This document shows positions 22,096 through 22,382 of a DNA stretch of 22,382 bases, piece after piece. The notes beneath the pieces were generated by a model that saw only the letters and a program-made list of their open reading frames with translations, made no database searches and was not told the DNA's origin. Source of the DNA: Rhizaria sp. SCN 62-66 (Eukaryota); assembly GCA_001724265.1 (NCBI GenBank), contig MEDY01000013.1, positions 124,001 to 146,382 on the forward strand, written 5' to 3'. The position numbers and the translations under genes were made by a program. Position 1 is the first letter of the stretch. Each line of letters opens with the position of its first letter.

Positions 22096-22297
22096 TTACC
22101 ATGCTTCGTCAGCAGGGCCATACGCTGACAAGTCGTCACTTGCCGCTGCAGCCGCGGCCACCGCAGTGCCAAAATAGCTCTCATACGCGTTGCCAGGTCC
22201 CGCACCATCGCCAGACGCCCACAAGTCAGCGCCCTCAGCTTCTGCCTCAACATCAGCGTCAGCATAGATGTCGGCGTCAGCACCATACATGTAACCC
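22096..22297 (-). CDS. Probable 3' coding exon of a gene entering from beyond the window (acidic, Ala/Gly/Tyr-rich tail)
   Basis: GC-rich open frame GYMYGADADIYADADVEAEAEGADLW...GPADEAW, preceded by T-rich acceptor-like sequence (TTTTTTAG or CTACATAG|G) and followed by AT-rich DNA. Both boundaries are uncertain. Confidence 0.55.
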
Positions 22298-22382
22298 CTA
22301 TGTAGCGTCAACTAAAAAACGCCAAAAACGCAGTTTTCGGCAGGTAACTTCCACAATAGAAATCTCTGTGAAATAATCGTCA

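Noticed and set aside
1-22382. Prokaryotic, phage or CRISPR-type systems
   Set aside because: Spliceosomal introns and eukaryote-specific genes (Yos1, FAM184) are present; I saw no operon structure or repeat-spacer arrays.

Overview
Gene-dense, GC-rich eukaryotic (protist-like) nuclear DNA with short AT-rich spacers and GT-AG spliceosomal introns. I read seven protein-coding genes: (1) a >1,660-aa unknown protein running off the left edge (-); (2) a 3-exon ~2,127-aa SDS22-type LRR/LRRcap plus giant coiled-coil protein (-); (3) a 2-exon Yos1/IER3IP1 gene (+); (4) an ~833-aa protein that looks like a catalytically dead, insertion-expanded pogo/Fot1-type DDE_1 transposase derivative (-); (5) an ~415-aa degenerate EF-hand protein resembling EFCAB11 (-); (6) an ~1,107-aa FAM184-family coiled-coil protein (+); (7) the 3' exon of a gene entering from the right edge (-). 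Main signal: four in-frame TAG codons (4276-4278, 15397-15399, 15601-15603, 18108-18110) interrupt three otherwise intact genes, while every gene end I can see uses TAA or TGA. This suggests a nuclear genetic code in which only UAG is a sense codon, most likely Gln. All family calls come from recalled motifs; no database searches were run.
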